Of a stretch of DNA of 64,000 nucleotides, positions 41,851 through 53,107 are shown one piece after another. The notes under the pieces were generated by a model. It had not been told where the DNA came from. It ran no database searches and was given only the letters and a program-made list of their open reading frames with translations. The stretch covers positions 39,466 through 103,465 of the IMG/VR virus record IMGVR_UViG_3300045977_000235; one strand, 5' to 3'. Within the stretch, counting starts at the first letter, position 1. Every line of letters starts with the position of its first letter. A program made the position numbers and the translations under genes. This DNA comes from a virus.

Positions 41851-42408
41851 TCATACATAATCCTCCGTATGCTGTTTATTAAGTTCTATGTTTCTTGCAC
41901 CTTGATACTTCCCTTGATACGCTACTTTGACTGTCTCATGTAAATGAAAACGTACTTGAGCAATACCAACACCAGCATAGAGTTTTACAATACATGGATT
42001 AAAATTTGAGACTTCAATTGTTAGGTTGCCTTCATATCCTGCTTCAATAGGTGTAATATGTGGCACTATACCTATACGTGCAAGTGACGATTTTCCCCAA
42101 CATTCAGCACTAACATTAAGAGGGAGTTTCAATCTTTCTGTTGCTAATCCTAATATACGTCCATATGCTGGTATATGGACGTAATCTTGTTTAACAAGTT
42201 CGTAATTTTCTATATTATCTTGTTGTAATGAATCAATCATATAATTTTTTGGTGGATTAAATACTAAAAAATGTGGCTGTAAGGTAATAACGTAGCCAGC
42301 AGGATCAAGACCGTAACTGAGTACAGATTTTACTTTATGATCAATAAATGGATCAATCATCTGATGATGTTTTACATACTCACAAATCATAGTATCTGTT
42401 AAAAGCAT
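41851..42408 (-). CDS. dcd: dCTP deaminase
   Basis: SYGL...GY; GKSSLAR.G; TPIEAG.EG.LT.E; G.GIAQ; Y.GKYQ. Confidence 0.88.
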   Translation of the reverse strand: MLLTDTMICEYVKHHQMIDPFIDHKVKSVLSYGLDPAGYVITLQPHFLVFNPPKNYMIDSLQQDNIENYELVKQDYVHIPAYGRILGLATERLKLPLNVSAECWGKSSLARIGIVPHITPIEAGYEGNLTIEVSNFNPCIVKLYAGVGIAQVRFHLHETVKVAYQGKYQGARNIELNKQHTEDYV

Positions 42409-42682
42409 ATTAATCTCCAGTGCTTAAATTAAAGTTTTCACCAAGTTCTTCTGTAAGAATTTGTAGTTCTTTTGTCCGTTTATCTACAAAATCTTTAGAC
42501 ATATAATACGACTTCTGTTTATCTTCATAGACAATAAATGTCTCGGTAGGAAATTCATAGTCAACATGATCAAAAATATCATGAAAATATTCCATTGTTT
42601 CTACATCATACTTTTCTTCAAGGTACGCTAATACTTCGTCCATATCATAATACTCTAATGTTCGGACTTTTGGTTTGTGCAT

Positions 42683-43027
42683 TTAATAGCATCTCCTTTC
42701 GTATCTATAATGCATATGACACCAACCTACTCTATTATTTGTGCAACGTCTTTGTGGAGCATATACAATTGGCGGTTGTACATACACATAAGCACCACCA
42801 CGATATACACGTTGTCTTTCTCTATTGTGCCTATGTCCATGATGTCTATGTTGGTGTGCGTGTCTTTTATTTCTTCCATGCCAATGTGGATGTGAACCAT
42901 GTGCTAATGTAATTTCTACATTCTGTGCTTCTGCACGATTAATTAAAGTAGGTACTCCAAGAGACACACACCACATTAATAACCCACATCCAATAATTTT
43001 AATCAGGTTCATCTGGTTCTTCTTCAT
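42683..43027 (-). CDS. Exported His/Arg/Pro-rich small protein
   Basis: Signal peptide ...AEA; HQHRHHGHRH; YVQPPIVYAP. Confidence 0.55.
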   Translation of the reverse strand: MKKNQMNLIKIIGCGLLMWCVSLGVPTLINRAEAQNVEITLAHGSHPHWHGRNKRHAHQHRHHGHRHNRERQRVYRGGAYVYVQPPIVYAPQRRCTNNRVGWCHMHYRYERRCY

Positions 43028-43990
43028 AAGGTTTTTCCTTTACTGATAAAACTTCTACGGTTGTTTCATACATATCTTCTTGATCTATGGCACTAAAAAA
43101 TTTGCCATCAAGATACTGCATGACAAGATCCTTTGCTTCTTCTTCTGTTTCACAATCAACAGTAAAAGCGGTTTTAATAATTTCTTGAATATGAACTATG
43201 AACATAACTATCTCCTTTTAGTTAGGTACACATTGTTGTAACCAATGAGAATCAGTAGGACCATTAGGCTCTGCGGCATAAAAACCTATAGTCATATCAA
43301 TACGTGGATTTTTAAAAAACTTATAGTATCTTGCACATGTACCATTGTCAAAAATATATGGTGTAAAAGAATATTTATCTGGAAAGCATTTATTCAAAGT
43401 AAGAAGATAATGAATAACATTCGTTGTACACGTCATAAGATCTTCACCAACAGCATACACCACATAATTTGTAGGACTTAACTGTAACTGATGTTCATTC
43501 CTACCAACTACAACTGCTTCATAATATTTGAAAATCATGTGTTTCCTTTGTGGGCATTTGTAGATGCCCACTTTTAATTAAATAATTTAATCTTTCTATC
43601 GTGGTAAGGTTTGGATTAATTGTAGTACGGCTAACAATACTACAGGAACCCATAAAGGACACCAATTAGCAGCAGATAACGCTGCTAATATTAACGCAAG
43701 AATCGCTAAAACTACACTAACTGTAAGCACCATGTTATCCCCCTATACACCATTCGTAAATGGTTCTTCATGTATACCATCTAACAAAACACCTAAATTA
43801 AGTTTATCTCCCCATTTCGTATACAGGTTATCCAATTCACACACAAAAACCCCATCATGAACAACAACTAACCCTTCATAACACACGTATACTCCATCAG
43901 GAATATGTACTTCTTGTCCTGGTACGTAACACATACTATGTGCATCAACTTTTATTTGACACCCATTTTCACCATAGACATCATAATTCA

Positions 43991-44443
43991 TTAATCACAT
44001 CTCCTATAAGTACGATAACCATACCAGTTTCCATATCTATCATATTGTCGTTGACGATGTGTATAACATCGTCGATAACGATATGAAGGTGGAGTTACGT
44101 ACACAGGTGGAGCAGGTTGTACATATACAGGTGGAGTAGTAATTGTTACAGGAGCAGGAGTCACAGAGACATTACCATATGGATCTACTGCTGCAACACA
44201 TCCACCTACTAATAATCCAATACCTATCATTAAACCAGCAATACTCTTTTTCATATTACAATCCTTGTCATTTGCAATAACATAGACTTTTGATAAATCA
44301 ACTCCCCCGCACCGAATATAATCAGACCCTCCATCCACAAATGTCTGATTTTGACATGAACATTGGTGAAAATCATGCCTATGTTTTGACTCTAAAATTT
44401 CTCCACATTCTAAACATTGTACTTTACTCATACCAATATCCAC
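43991..44443 (-). CDS. Zn-ribbon domain fused in frame to a small Pro-rich lipoprotein
   Basis: C..CG..LES.HRHDF..C.C....VDGG.DY.R, then an internal AAGGA RBS + MKKS...LVGGC lipobox at 44254. Confidence 0.6.
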   Translation of the reverse strand: MDIGMSKVQCLECGEILESKHRHDFHQCSCQNQTFVDGGSDYIRCGGVDLSKVYVIANDKDCNMKKSIAGLMIGIGLLVGGCVAAVDPYGNVSVTPAPVTITTPPVYVQPAPPVYVTPPSYRYRRCYTHRQRQYDRYGNWYGYRTYRRCD

Positions 44444-45153
44444 TTGTTTTTTTCAAGTATCTCTATTGTTACAGGACACATGTTTGCTTCTTTCACTTCT
44501 TCTAGCATCAATTGAGCTACTGTATGTATTTCTTCTTGTGCATGGGCTGAATTTCGTAACATTTGATAATTCGCAAATGAACGAAGATTCATTGTTGTTA
44601 CACGTTCTGTCATATTATTCTGTGGCAATACTCCTCTATAAAATTCTCTCAGTCTTTTATACTGAGTGTTTGTAATCAAACCCATTTTTTCATGTTGTTT
44701 CATACGTTCTAAACACGTTCTATATAAATCATTTGCACGTCCACAGATGTATTCATACTCTCCTATTAAATCATCTTCATAACAATCATAGAATACATTC
44801 AAAATATCCTCTGGCATTTTGAGCCATTCATTAGGCATGGTTCTATATCGTCCACTCATACCATTATGAGATGCTATCCTATGTGTCATGTGTTGTCTAT
44901 CTGTGCTTATAGGAATTTTCATCCAGAAACGAAAGACAACACTTTCAAAAGGACTACCATGTACGTGTCCTACATCTTCTAATGTTTGTATTGGACGTGT
45001 AAGCACTTCTGTTAAGATTCTTTTTACATCTTCATCTGTACGTTTTTCTTTTCCTTGTAATGTTGTACTTGAAGTCCATGCACTTTCAGCAATTGCCCTA
45101 TCATCACCTAGCCAACCTTGTAATTCAACATGTATCTGGCCTTTATTCCTCAT
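44428..45153 (-). CDS. thyX: Flavin-dependent thymidylate synthase
   Basis: H.SPFE...F.F; RQ...HR..S.N..S.RY; LR...HAQ.EI. Confidence 0.88.
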   Translation of the reverse strand: MRNKGQIHVELQGWLGDDRAIAESAWTSSTTLQGKEKRTDEDVKRILTEVLTRPIQTLEDVGHVHGSPFESVVFRFWMKIPISTDRQHMTHRIASHNGMSGRYRTMPNEWLKMPEDILNVFYDCYEDDLIGEYEYICGRANDLYRTCLERMKQHEKMGLITNTQYKRLREFYRGVLPQNNMTERVTTMNLRSFANYQMLRNSAHAQEEIHTVAQLMLEEVKEANMCPVTIEILEKNKWILV

Positions 45154-45171
45154 AATTCACCTATGATTAAA

Positions 45172-45651
45172 TTATTTTTGACTATGCACGACATTTGCTG
45201 ATTCATAAATATAGACATTCTTAGGAAGTGTATCAGTATAGACTTTGACAAGATCACGTTCAAGTAAACCGTATCCAATCCCTGGAAAGTTTACCACAAC
45301 ACGATTGTAATGTCCAGCAATCTTCTGAAGGAGTTTACAAGAGTATTCAATAAGAGGCAAACTCGAAGGCTGTTGATAATTCTTCTTTGTTTGAAAAATC
45401 CCTATATGTTTTCCTTCAATCTCTGTAATAATCAAAACCCCATATTCACCTAAATGTCCACACACTTCACGTACTAATTGTCCTGCTTCAAAAGCAATAT
45501 GCGGATATTTTTTTGCTAATCTTCCTGCTGCTCCTACTCCCATCACCAATGAACCATCTTGTTTTATACATGAGTTTGCGGTAACAAGAAATAAATCAGC
45601 CAAACCTAATTCATTAAACATTTCACCTGTAAGATACTCAGGCATTTTCAT
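45172..45651 (-). CDS. Macrodomain-like (ADP-ribose-processing) protein
   Basis: VTAN..IK.DG.LVMG.G.A; FQTK; PGIG.G.L. Confidence 0.7.
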   Translation of the reverse strand: MKMPEYLTGEMFNELGLADLFLVTANSCIKQDGSLVMGVGAAGRLAKKYPHIAFEAGQLVREVCGHLGEYGVLIITEIEGKHIGIFQTKKNYQQPSSLPLIEYSCKLLQKIAGHYNRVVVNFPGIGYGLLERDLVKVYTDTLPKNVYIYESANVVHSQK

Positions 45652-46300
45652 ATCCTTCTAGTTCTGTTATTTCAATCAACATATGAGGATATTTTTGTGT
45701 CAATATTTGCAACACATCGTCTAATGGTGTTTCATCAATTAAATTATTTAATTTTTTCTCTTTATGATACTCCTGTTTCTCTACATTTGTTTTTAATAAA
45801 TACTCTAATACTTCATAGAGATATGCAAATTTATGTGCATATTTAATCGCTTCTAATTGTCCATGTATTTTTTCGTATTTTTGTAAAGGAACATAAATTA
45901 TAGCTTTTTGTCTCTGAATAATTTGTGTTTTTTCTTGATCATTAATATATTGTTTATAATTTTTTGTAGATAAATTTTGTGCTGCTTGAAGCATATCATC
46001 TTTATTATGCTGTGTAATATACCGCATAAATGCTTTAATGCGCCACCAAGGTACATCTTTTAAATCACGAAATTTTATACCAAGATGTGAACACATTTTA
46101 TATAAATTAATGTATGAAGTAACATCTTTTGTATTTAAATTTGGATATTCTCTTTGTAAATATACCCAAAAATTACTATGTTTATCTTTATACACTTTTC
46201 TTTCCTTTATATCATATAAGTATGCTCCTAATCGTATTTTGTTTTCTAAATCAATATCAATATATTTTTGAATCATTTCTGGAGTTACTGTACTTTCCAT
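45638..46300 (-). CDS. Hypothetical protein, possibly DNA-binding
   Basis: LG..L..IKE...Y......F..Y...E pattern. Confidence 0.5.
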   Translation of the reverse strand: MESTVTPEMIQKYIDIDLENKIRLGAYLYDIKERKVYKDKHSNFWVYLQREYPNLNTKDVTSYINLYKMCSHLGIKFRDLKDVPWWRIKAFMRYITQHNKDDMLQAAQNLSTKNYKQYINDQEKTQIIQRQKAIIYVPLQKYEKIHGQLEAIKYAHKFAYLYEVLEYLLKTNVEKQEYHKEKKLNNLIDETPLDDVLQILTQKYPHMLIEITELEGYENA

Positions 46301-46785
46301 ATTTTATCCTGTACAGAATATTTCCACGGACTACTTTTGTTCTGTAAATAATGTACTCCTGTTATTGCTATACCTAATGCATCTCGTAAGTGTTCATTAG
46401 GTAATAACAAATTCCATGTTGTTTTTAGTCCCATTGCGACATCTTTTTTTGTGGCTCTCCCATTACCCGTAATAAACTTCTTCATTGTCAATGGAGCAAC
46501 TATATATAACGGACACCAATCATACAAATACTCTCGTAATAAAATATTGATTGTTGCTAAAAGTTCTAGCACGTTTTTATTAGGTGATCCCCATGAAATA
46601 CCTTCCATAAAGATTGCTGTGACTTTATAATCTTGTGCTATCCATTGACATTGTGTAGCGAGCATCCTTGCTCCTACTAATCCTTTTTTCTCTATATCAT
46701 ACAATTCAGTATATCTTATCTGCAAGTTCTCATTGAGAACAACTATACCTGTATGCGTGCTAGGATCAATACCCATAATAATCAT
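46285..46785 (-). CDS. ruvC: RuvC-like Holliday junction resolvase
   Basis: MGIDPS...G; IFMEG; P.T.KKF.TGNG.A.K..V; DALGIA. Confidence 0.8.
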   Translation of the reverse strand: MIIMGIDPSTHTGIVVLNENLQIRYTELYDIEKKGLVGARMLATQCQWIAQDYKVTAIFMEGISWGSPNKNVLELLATINILLREYLYDWCPLYIVAPLTMKKFITGNGRATKKDVAMGLKTTWNLLLPNEHLRDALGIAITGVHYLQNKSSPWKYSVQDKIWKVQ

Positions 46786-46880
46786 CTATACCACATATAT
46801 AATAACATTATAACAAATACTAAACAACCATATTGTATAACTGTCATTATATCCCACAAAATATTTCCTATATACATTAT

Positions 46881-48272
46881 TTATACTACCTCTTGTGATT
46901 GTTGTTCTTCTATATCTGTTTGGCCTGAGTCTTTTACTAAACCCTCTCCTACAAGGAACGTATGGCTTTTAAATTTCCAGAAATGTGTTGAACCATTTTC
47001 TCTTTCTACTCTGAATACAACACCTTCCATATAATGAGAAGGATCTAATGGTTCTGGACGTTCTACAAATTCAGAAAAATCAGGCAAAACATCAGCAAAT
47101 GTCATATGATCTTTATAGGTTTCATGCCCAACAGTATACATCATAAATTCATGAACATGAGTAAGTTGAAGTTGTTCACATCGTTTCTTCACTAATGACC
47201 AAGGTACTTCATAGACTTCACCATCTTCATTCGTCCAAGTGATTCTATAAACGAGTAATTTTCTTTGATACGGGAAACATCCATACTTAAAGAACAATTT
47301 ATTCGCTTCATCAGTATTCGCTTTATATTGTTTTTGTATTTCCTTGGGCAATTTTTTTAATTCAACACTTGGCATAATAGGTTGATACGGACTAATAAAG
47401 CCTACGTGTTCATAATAAATTGTTTCGCCTTTATGCAATTTAATATCTTGTACGTCATCAAATCGAAATGATTCATCAGAATAATAACCCCTTGTCTTAC
47501 CCCTATCTGGAAATAAAAATGCAAGGAAGGGCAACCTCTGACTCAAAAAATGCCTATTCTGATAGGCTTCTGTAGTGCCTTTAATAACTCTCCGTGACCC
47601 TACCCAATGTTCATATCTTGGTTTTAATAGCCATGCTACCTTGTTCAACCATTTGTTCTTATATGGTGTACGATTGATACCTCTATGCAATCGTCCAGAA
47701 GTCCCATGTGCTTTTGCTGTAACATAAATCCTATCACCTATAGATACATGTTGATTCAAATGATACCTGAGATGATCTGTGTCTACATGTTCTAAAAATG
47801 TAGGGACTTGTGCTTTCCGTACAACTTTCTGTTTACCAGGAGTTGACGATTGTCTTACTGGTATCACATAACGATTACAGATTTCTGTACCATTAATAGC
47901 AGTAAATTGATACCCTAATGGTGCAGTTTCTAATATCTCATGTCCTTTACAATAGATTAAATAATTTAATCCACAGACGAATCCTTGACTCTTTATTCCC
48001 CGAAATGATTGTGCTCGTACACGTCTTTTTTCATCAAAATATCCACCACCTATTTTTGTCCCTGTTGCATCGTATCGTGCAATCAGATCGTTCTTTTCAC
48101 AGAACTCCTGTGAAAGCTGTACATCACAATCAAAGTATAATACACGATCTTCTACCTTTGCATCTAACCCAACAATAACTCGTTCACCTAATACTGTAGC
48201 AACTTGTAATCTATCAGCATTAGGATGTTTTTCAAGACGTGTTATGTGTGCTAATGTGCAAATACCCGACAC
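46881..48272 (-). CDS. RNA ligase with N-terminal OB/tRNA-binding-like domain (DRB0094-type)
   Basis: LEKHPNADRL.VA; VTAKAHGTS (KxxG); IYYE; EGVV.R; KFKS..FL. Confidence 0.75.
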   Translation of the reverse strand: MSGICTLAHITRLEKHPNADRLQVATVLGERVIVGLDAKVEDRVLYFDCDVQLSQEFCEKNDLIARYDATGTKIGGGYFDEKRRVRAQSFRGIKSQGFVCGLNYLIYCKGHEILETAPLGYQFTAINGTEICNRYVIPVRQSSTPGKQKVVRKAQVPTFLEHVDTDHLRYHLNQHVSIGDRIYVTAKAHGTSGRLHRGINRTPYKNKWLNKVAWLLKPRYEHWVGSRRVIKGTTEAYQNRHFLSQRLPFLAFLFPDRGKTRGYYSDESFRFDDVQDIKLHKGETIYYEHVGFISPYQPIMPSVELKKLPKEIQKQYKANTDEANKLFFKYGCFPYQRKLLVYRITWTNEDGEVYEVPWSLVKKRCEQLQLTHVHEFMMYTVGHETYKDHMTFADVLPDFSEFVERPEPLDPSHYMEGVVFRVERENGSTHFWKFKSHTFLVGEGLVKDSGQTDIEEQQSQEVV

Positions 48273-49099
48273 TTTTTTTCTCCTGTCACTTGAGTAATTT
48301 TTTTACCAGTTTTACAAAATCAACAATCGTAAATAACACTAACCAGCAAGCGATTGCTACCCACATCCATAAAAGATATGCAAATGAATGTTCATCACGA
48401 TACCTTTTAATAATATCTTGTAAGTCTGTTTTCTCTACTTCCACTTCCTTGAATATATCAGAAATAAGTGGTTTAGAATACACTAAAATAAATACAAACA
48501 TATACAGAACAACTAATATCCAAAACATTATGAACCCCTGTAATGTAAAGAAATTTTATCTGTTACTATGTAACACGTATCAAGTTCATGATCAAGTCGA
48601 ACAAGATGATTACCTGTTACTAATGAAATCATATGAATATATGGCATATCAATTTTAAACACTTTATATGCTAATGCCTTTGTTTCTGTTACATAGAGAA
48701 TAAAATCTCCAGGTACAACTTCTTTTCCTTCATTATCAAAAAACTTCTTTTTAGTCGGGGTTAAAATCATTGCTAAACCATACCTCTCCATTGACGTTAA
48801 ATTCGTCATAGATTGTTGTAAGATAGTCTCGCAAAATAAATAAATTGGCTTTTATCTGTGGATCTCCTGTCTCTAAAATATTCCGTTCTAATATTGGCAT
48901 ATCTTTAGCTGTCATAGTAATTGCACCACGAATAGGATACAACATTGCATGAGTTATAATGTGTGTTACATAATCATAGTACCCATACTGATATTTTTCC
49001 TCCACATAATCTAATACTTGTTTTGCATTATACACTATTACTTCTTTGCCCGTTGGTTTCTCCATAAGTATCCTAACATAATTAAATTATTTAATATAT

Positions 49100-49128
49100 A
49101 GTATACACCAAAAGGGGAGATTTGTCAA
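49100..49128 (-). promoter_or_regulatory. Sigma70-type promoter with the 15-bp palindrome over its start site
   Basis: TTGACA-17-TATACT, then 4 nt, then ATTAAATAATTTAAT (49081-49095). Confidence 0.8.
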
Positions 49129-49217
49129 GGATACACAAATACTCCCCATATAAGTAACCATCCTACAAATGTTGTTATTCCTACACACCACAGTCAAAAG
49201 AACCAATTACACACATA

Positions 49218-51791
49218 TCACCCACAGAGAGAAGTTAAACATTGTGTGCATCTTTTACATCCTTCTTGATACACCATTTGTCCACCACATTCTTTACATA
49301 AAGATCCAGCAGATACACCATCTGTTACAAAATCTTTTAATAGTCGTATGACTCCATTTCTCCATGTGTGAATTGAATCACCATCTAATCGTAACTTCTC
49401 TAACACAGATATAACATAGTTGGTCGGCATTTGATGCCTTAATAATCCACTAATTAGGCGTGCATAATTTCCGTAGATATTCTCCCCAAGGTTATTAAGT
49501 AACAATGACCGTTGTTCAATATCTGAACTGTAGGAAAGCCAATATTGATTGTGTCTGTTTGCTTCTTTTATTTTCACAATGATAGAAGGTTTATGAACAT
49601 CTATAGGCATTGATTCAGGAAATTCACCAGCAAACAATTCATACGGTTGATCATTTTTTAATCCTATAACACCTAACCATTTCTTTCCTTCATTCCAAAA
49701 GGTAGATAATTTTCCTGGTAAAATCTCTGGACGTTTTTCAAAGGCAACAGATTTTTGTTTCTTATGTATGTCTACGAGCACTCCTGTACGAGAATTAGCC
49801 CTATAAATTGTGACACCTTTTAATCCTAATGCCCATGATTGAAGGTAAATATCTGCTACCTGTTGTTCTGATACATTTTCGGGGAGATTCAATGTAGAAG
49901 AAATAGCAGATGTCGTATAGTGTTGTACCATAGATTGTATGCGGATTCTATTGTAGGAGCTAATTTCTTCTGCACACGATTTGTGCCACGGTGAAAATAC
50001 ATATAAATATTCTAAATTTTTTTCTGTTAAATTATTTAATTCATATGTATGTAAATAATCATATGTTTGTATAATCCATTTTTTGAACTGTGGATGGAGT
50101 ACAAAATATTCTTGCCATTTATCCCCATTTTGATCTATAAAATCTTCATGTTCATGTTCTATTTTTCTTCGGCGCACATAATACGGTTTAAATAATGGTT
50201 CTATACCTGATGTTGTTCCAGTAAGTATTGACACTGAACCTGTAGGAGCTACACAACTCCAGTTGACGTTTCTTCTCCCATGCATTTGTAGATGTTTTAT
50301 TAACCAAGGATATTCTTTCCGTATCATTTCATAGAATGAATTGCGGCCTTGAAGGTTATCATCAAACTCTAATTCAAAATTAAAAAACTCAAAAGGTCCA
50401 CGTTCTTTTGCAAGGGTTATAGACGTATCTAACTCCACTCGCATTTTTATATACATGATTTTTTCAGTTAATTCTAATGCAGCTAAAGATCCATATGGTA
50501 AACCTAATGCTGCAAACATATCCCCTAATCCTGTTAAACCACATCCACATCGTCTACCATTGATTGCTTGTTCTTTTATACGTTTCCATAAACGTAATTC
50601 ACAATCTTTCAAATAATCAGGACCAGGATCATTGATAATTTTGTTGATGATTTTATCTACAGCTTCTATTTCTAAATCAACTAAATCATCACCTAAGCGT
50701 AATTGTAAACCTGCTAATTGTTCTAACCGTTGAAAATTAAATGTTGCTTGTGCAGTAAATGGACGATCAACACATTTTAACAAGTTCAACACAATGAGTC
50801 TACAGGTATCACCTACAGCTTGTGGTATTTCTCCACACGCATTTGTACTCACAGGTTTCAATGAAGGATACACACTAGCTGGATCATAGTCTACCATTCT
50901 ATCCCATAGAAACAATCCTGGTTCACTATGTTCTCTTGCATTTTTAATAATAAGATCCCATAACTCTTTTGCTCGGATTCTTTTAATGTATCCGAATGAT
51001 GTAGGTTCAAGCACGTTATATGGTGCAATTCGTATTTTATCCCCTTCATCATTCATATCATGTTCATAGAAATTATAATCACTAGGGTATCGTAACACAT
51101 AATCTGTATCATGCTGTACAGCATGAATAAAATCATCACGTATCTTAATGCTAATGTTTGCGCCAGTAATTTTTGTTCTGTCATTCTTTACGGTGACAAA
51201 ATCATAAATATCAGGATGCCGTACATCTAAAGAAATTAAACACGCTCCCCTACGTCCTTCTTGAGCACATTCACGTGTACTATTCGAGAAACGTTCCATA
51301 AATGAGACTGCACCTGTAGATGTTTGTGCAGCATTATTAACTGTTGATCCTTTTGGCCTGAGAAAAGAAATATCTAAACCATATCCCATTCGTCTTTTTG
51401 CTGACTGTACGACTTGTTGATCAAGATCTAAGATCCCTGCATAGGAATCCGTATCAACACCAAGTACAGTGCAATTGCTAAGAGAAACCACCGTAAAATC
51501 ATTACCAGCACCATACATTACACTCCCTTGTGGAATGATACTCCAATCAGTAAAAAAGGATAAAATAGATTCTTCACTTATAGGATTAGGATATTTTAAT
51601 TCGATACGGGCAAATTCACGTGCAAGTCGTTGATGCATCATCAATGGAGAATTTTCTAAAAACTGTCCTTCCTTATTTCGTAGTGCATATTTGTTCATCC
51701 ATACTTCAGAAGCAAGTACGTCCTGATTAAAATATTTAATCGTTTCACTATATACTTCGTCACGACTATACATTGAAATCCTTTCCTTCAA
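49218..51791 (-). CDS. nrdJ: Ribonucleotide reductase, probably class II (B12-dependent)
   Basis: SLSNC; GRRGA....L...HPD; EPG; STNACGE; R..G.G..G; APTGSVS; KGVTIYR..SR; C-terminal C..CG....QEGC..C..C; no small subunit gene in the window. Confidence 0.85.
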   Translation of the reverse strand: MKERISMYSRDEVYSETIKYFNQDVLASEVWMNKYALRNKEGQFLENSPLMMHQRLAREFARIELKYPNPISEESILSFFTDWSIIPQGSVMYGAGNDFTVVSLSNCTVLGVDTDSYAGILDLDQQVVQSAKRRMGYGLDISFLRPKGSTVNNAAQTSTGAVSFMERFSNSTRECAQEGRRGACLISLDVRHPDIYDFVTVKNDRTKITGANISIKIRDDFIHAVQHDTDYVLRYPSDYNFYEHDMNDEGDKIRIAPYNVLEPTSFGYIKRIRAKELWDLIIKNAREHSEPGLFLWDRMVDYDPASVYPSLKPVSTNACGEIPQAVGDTCRLIVLNLLKCVDRPFTAQATFNFQRLEQLAGLQLRLGDDLVDLEIEAVDKIINKIINDPGPDYLKDCELRLWKRIKEQAINGRRCGCGLTGLGDMFAALGLPYGSLAALELTEKIMYIKMRVELDTSITLAKERGPFEFFNFELEFDDNLQGRNSFYEMIRKEYPWLIKHLQMHGRRNVNWSCVAPTGSVSILTGTTSGIEPLFKPYYVRRRKIEHEHEDFIDQNGDKWQEYFVLHPQFKKWIIQTYDYLHTYELNNLTEKNLEYLYVFSPWHKSCAEEISSYNRIRIQSMVQHYTTSAISSTLNLPENVSEQQVADIYLQSWALGLKGVTIYRANSRTGVLVDIHKKQKSVAFEKRPEILPGKLSTFWNEGKKWLGVIGLKNDQPYELFAGEFPESMPIDVHKPSIIVKIKEANRHNQYWLSYSSDIEQRSLLLNNLGENIYGNYARLISGLLRHQMPTNYVISVLEKLRLDGDSIHTWRNGVIRLLKDFVTDGVSAGSLCKECGGQMVYQEGCKRCTQCLTSLCG

Positions 51792-52503
51792 TATACTCTT
51801 GTTGTAATCGCTTACTTATTACTTCACAGTATTCTTTTTCTTTTTCAATAAGGATAAATTGTCTACCAAGATTTTTACATGCTACCCCTGTTGTTCCTGA
51901 GCCAGCACAGTTATCTAAAACTAGCTCACCTTCTTGTGTATACGTTTTCACAAGGTATTCACATAATTCTACAGGTTTTTGTGTAGGATGTAATTTACCT
52001 ATTTGAACAGCATTGGAGATATTTATTAAATTTTTAGGATAGTATTCATTTGATTTTATTTCGGATTTTGTAGGGATAACGTTATAATTATCACTTACAG
52101 TATATCCACCTTTATTTCTTGGTTTTCCGCGTATTTCCATTTGCGGATAATAGTTTACTTTCTGCAATCCAAACACTACAATATCTTCACAAATTTGAAA
52201 TGGACGTATTTTTGCTGTAACGAATCCAGCACTATTGTTTTTATTCCAAACCCAACAATGCCTATACATAGACAAGTTACTCATAACTAACATGCTTGTA
52301 AATGGCTGTGATGCATGTAAGACTATTGCTCCATGCTTTTTTATGATTCGTATATACTGCTTCCATAATAAAGTAAATGGAATAGGTATATCCCATTTAC
52401 ATGCAGTTGTTCCATAAGGTAAATCACACAATATCATATCTATACTGTTATTTTTTATACCCTCCATTACTTCTAAACAATCACCATGTAGTATTGTATG
52501 CAT
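51766..52503 (-). CDS. DNA N6-adenine/N4-cytosine methyltransferase (beta class), paralog of 20267-21037
   Basis: GDCLE...ILCDLPYGTTACKWD; HPTQKP; VLDNCAGSGTT. Confidence 0.9.
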   Translation of the reverse strand: MHTILHGDCLEVMEGIKNNSIDMILCDLPYGTTACKWDIPIPFTLLWKQYIRIIKKHGAIVLHASQPFTSMLVMSNLSMYRHCWVWNKNNSAGFVTAKIRPFQICEDIVVFGLQKVNYYPQMEIRGKPRNKGGYTVSDNYNVIPTKSEIKSNEYYPKNLINISNAVQIGKLHPTQKPVELCEYLVKTYTQEGELVLDNCAGSGTTGVACKNLGRQFILIEKEKEYCEVISKRLQQEYIEGKDFNV

Positions 52504-52504
52504 A

Positions 52505-53107
52505 TTATTTTATACCATAATATTGTCTTGTGAGTAACACAACGTCTCTTGCATCATCTAATGCTCTATGATTGACTTTTTCTGGTAGTTTAGCGCGTTT
52601 TTTACATTCTGCTAAATCTGGTATACGAACATCCTTTACATCAACAAACCATGAACCAGGATCTAAATGTCGATGTGGTAACTTTACATGATTTTCAAAA
52701 GATGGAAGTTTTTCTAAAAACCCTAAATCAAAAGATCCATAATTCTTTCCTGCAACAATATAGGGAGAATCATATTTAATAGATTTTAACCATTGTTTTA
52801 ATGCTCGTCCTACGTTCTCTGGATCTAAAACTCCTGACCATTGTTGATAAAAATTAATATAATGTAAATCAAGTGTATCAATTATCTTTGTTTTTGTTTT
52901 TAAAATTTCTTCAAATAATACTTTGTTCATCTGATACGCTACAGGTTCCCAACAATACAAAGGATGTTGAATAAGACAATGAAAATATGGACACACATTA
53001 ATATCTTGTGGATTCTCTGTATCATCATAAACAACAGCAATTTCTATGATTTGACACTTCTCTTTATTTAATCCGGTTGTCTCGGTATCGACTGAAATAT
53101 ATCGCAT
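52505..53107 (-). CDS. DEDDh 3'-5' exonuclease
   Basis: SVDTETTG; G.N..FD..FL; HRALDDA. Confidence 0.85.
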   Translation of the reverse strand: MRYISVDTETTGLNKEKCQIIEIAVVYDDTENPQDINVCPYFHCLIQHPLYCWEPVAYQMNKVLFEEILKTKTKIIDTLDLHYINFYQQWSGVLDPENVGRALKQWLKSIKYDSPYIVAGKNYGSFDLGFLEKLPSFENHVKLPHRHLDPGSWFVDVKDVRIPDLAECKKRAKLPEKVNHRALDDARDVVLLTRQYYGIK

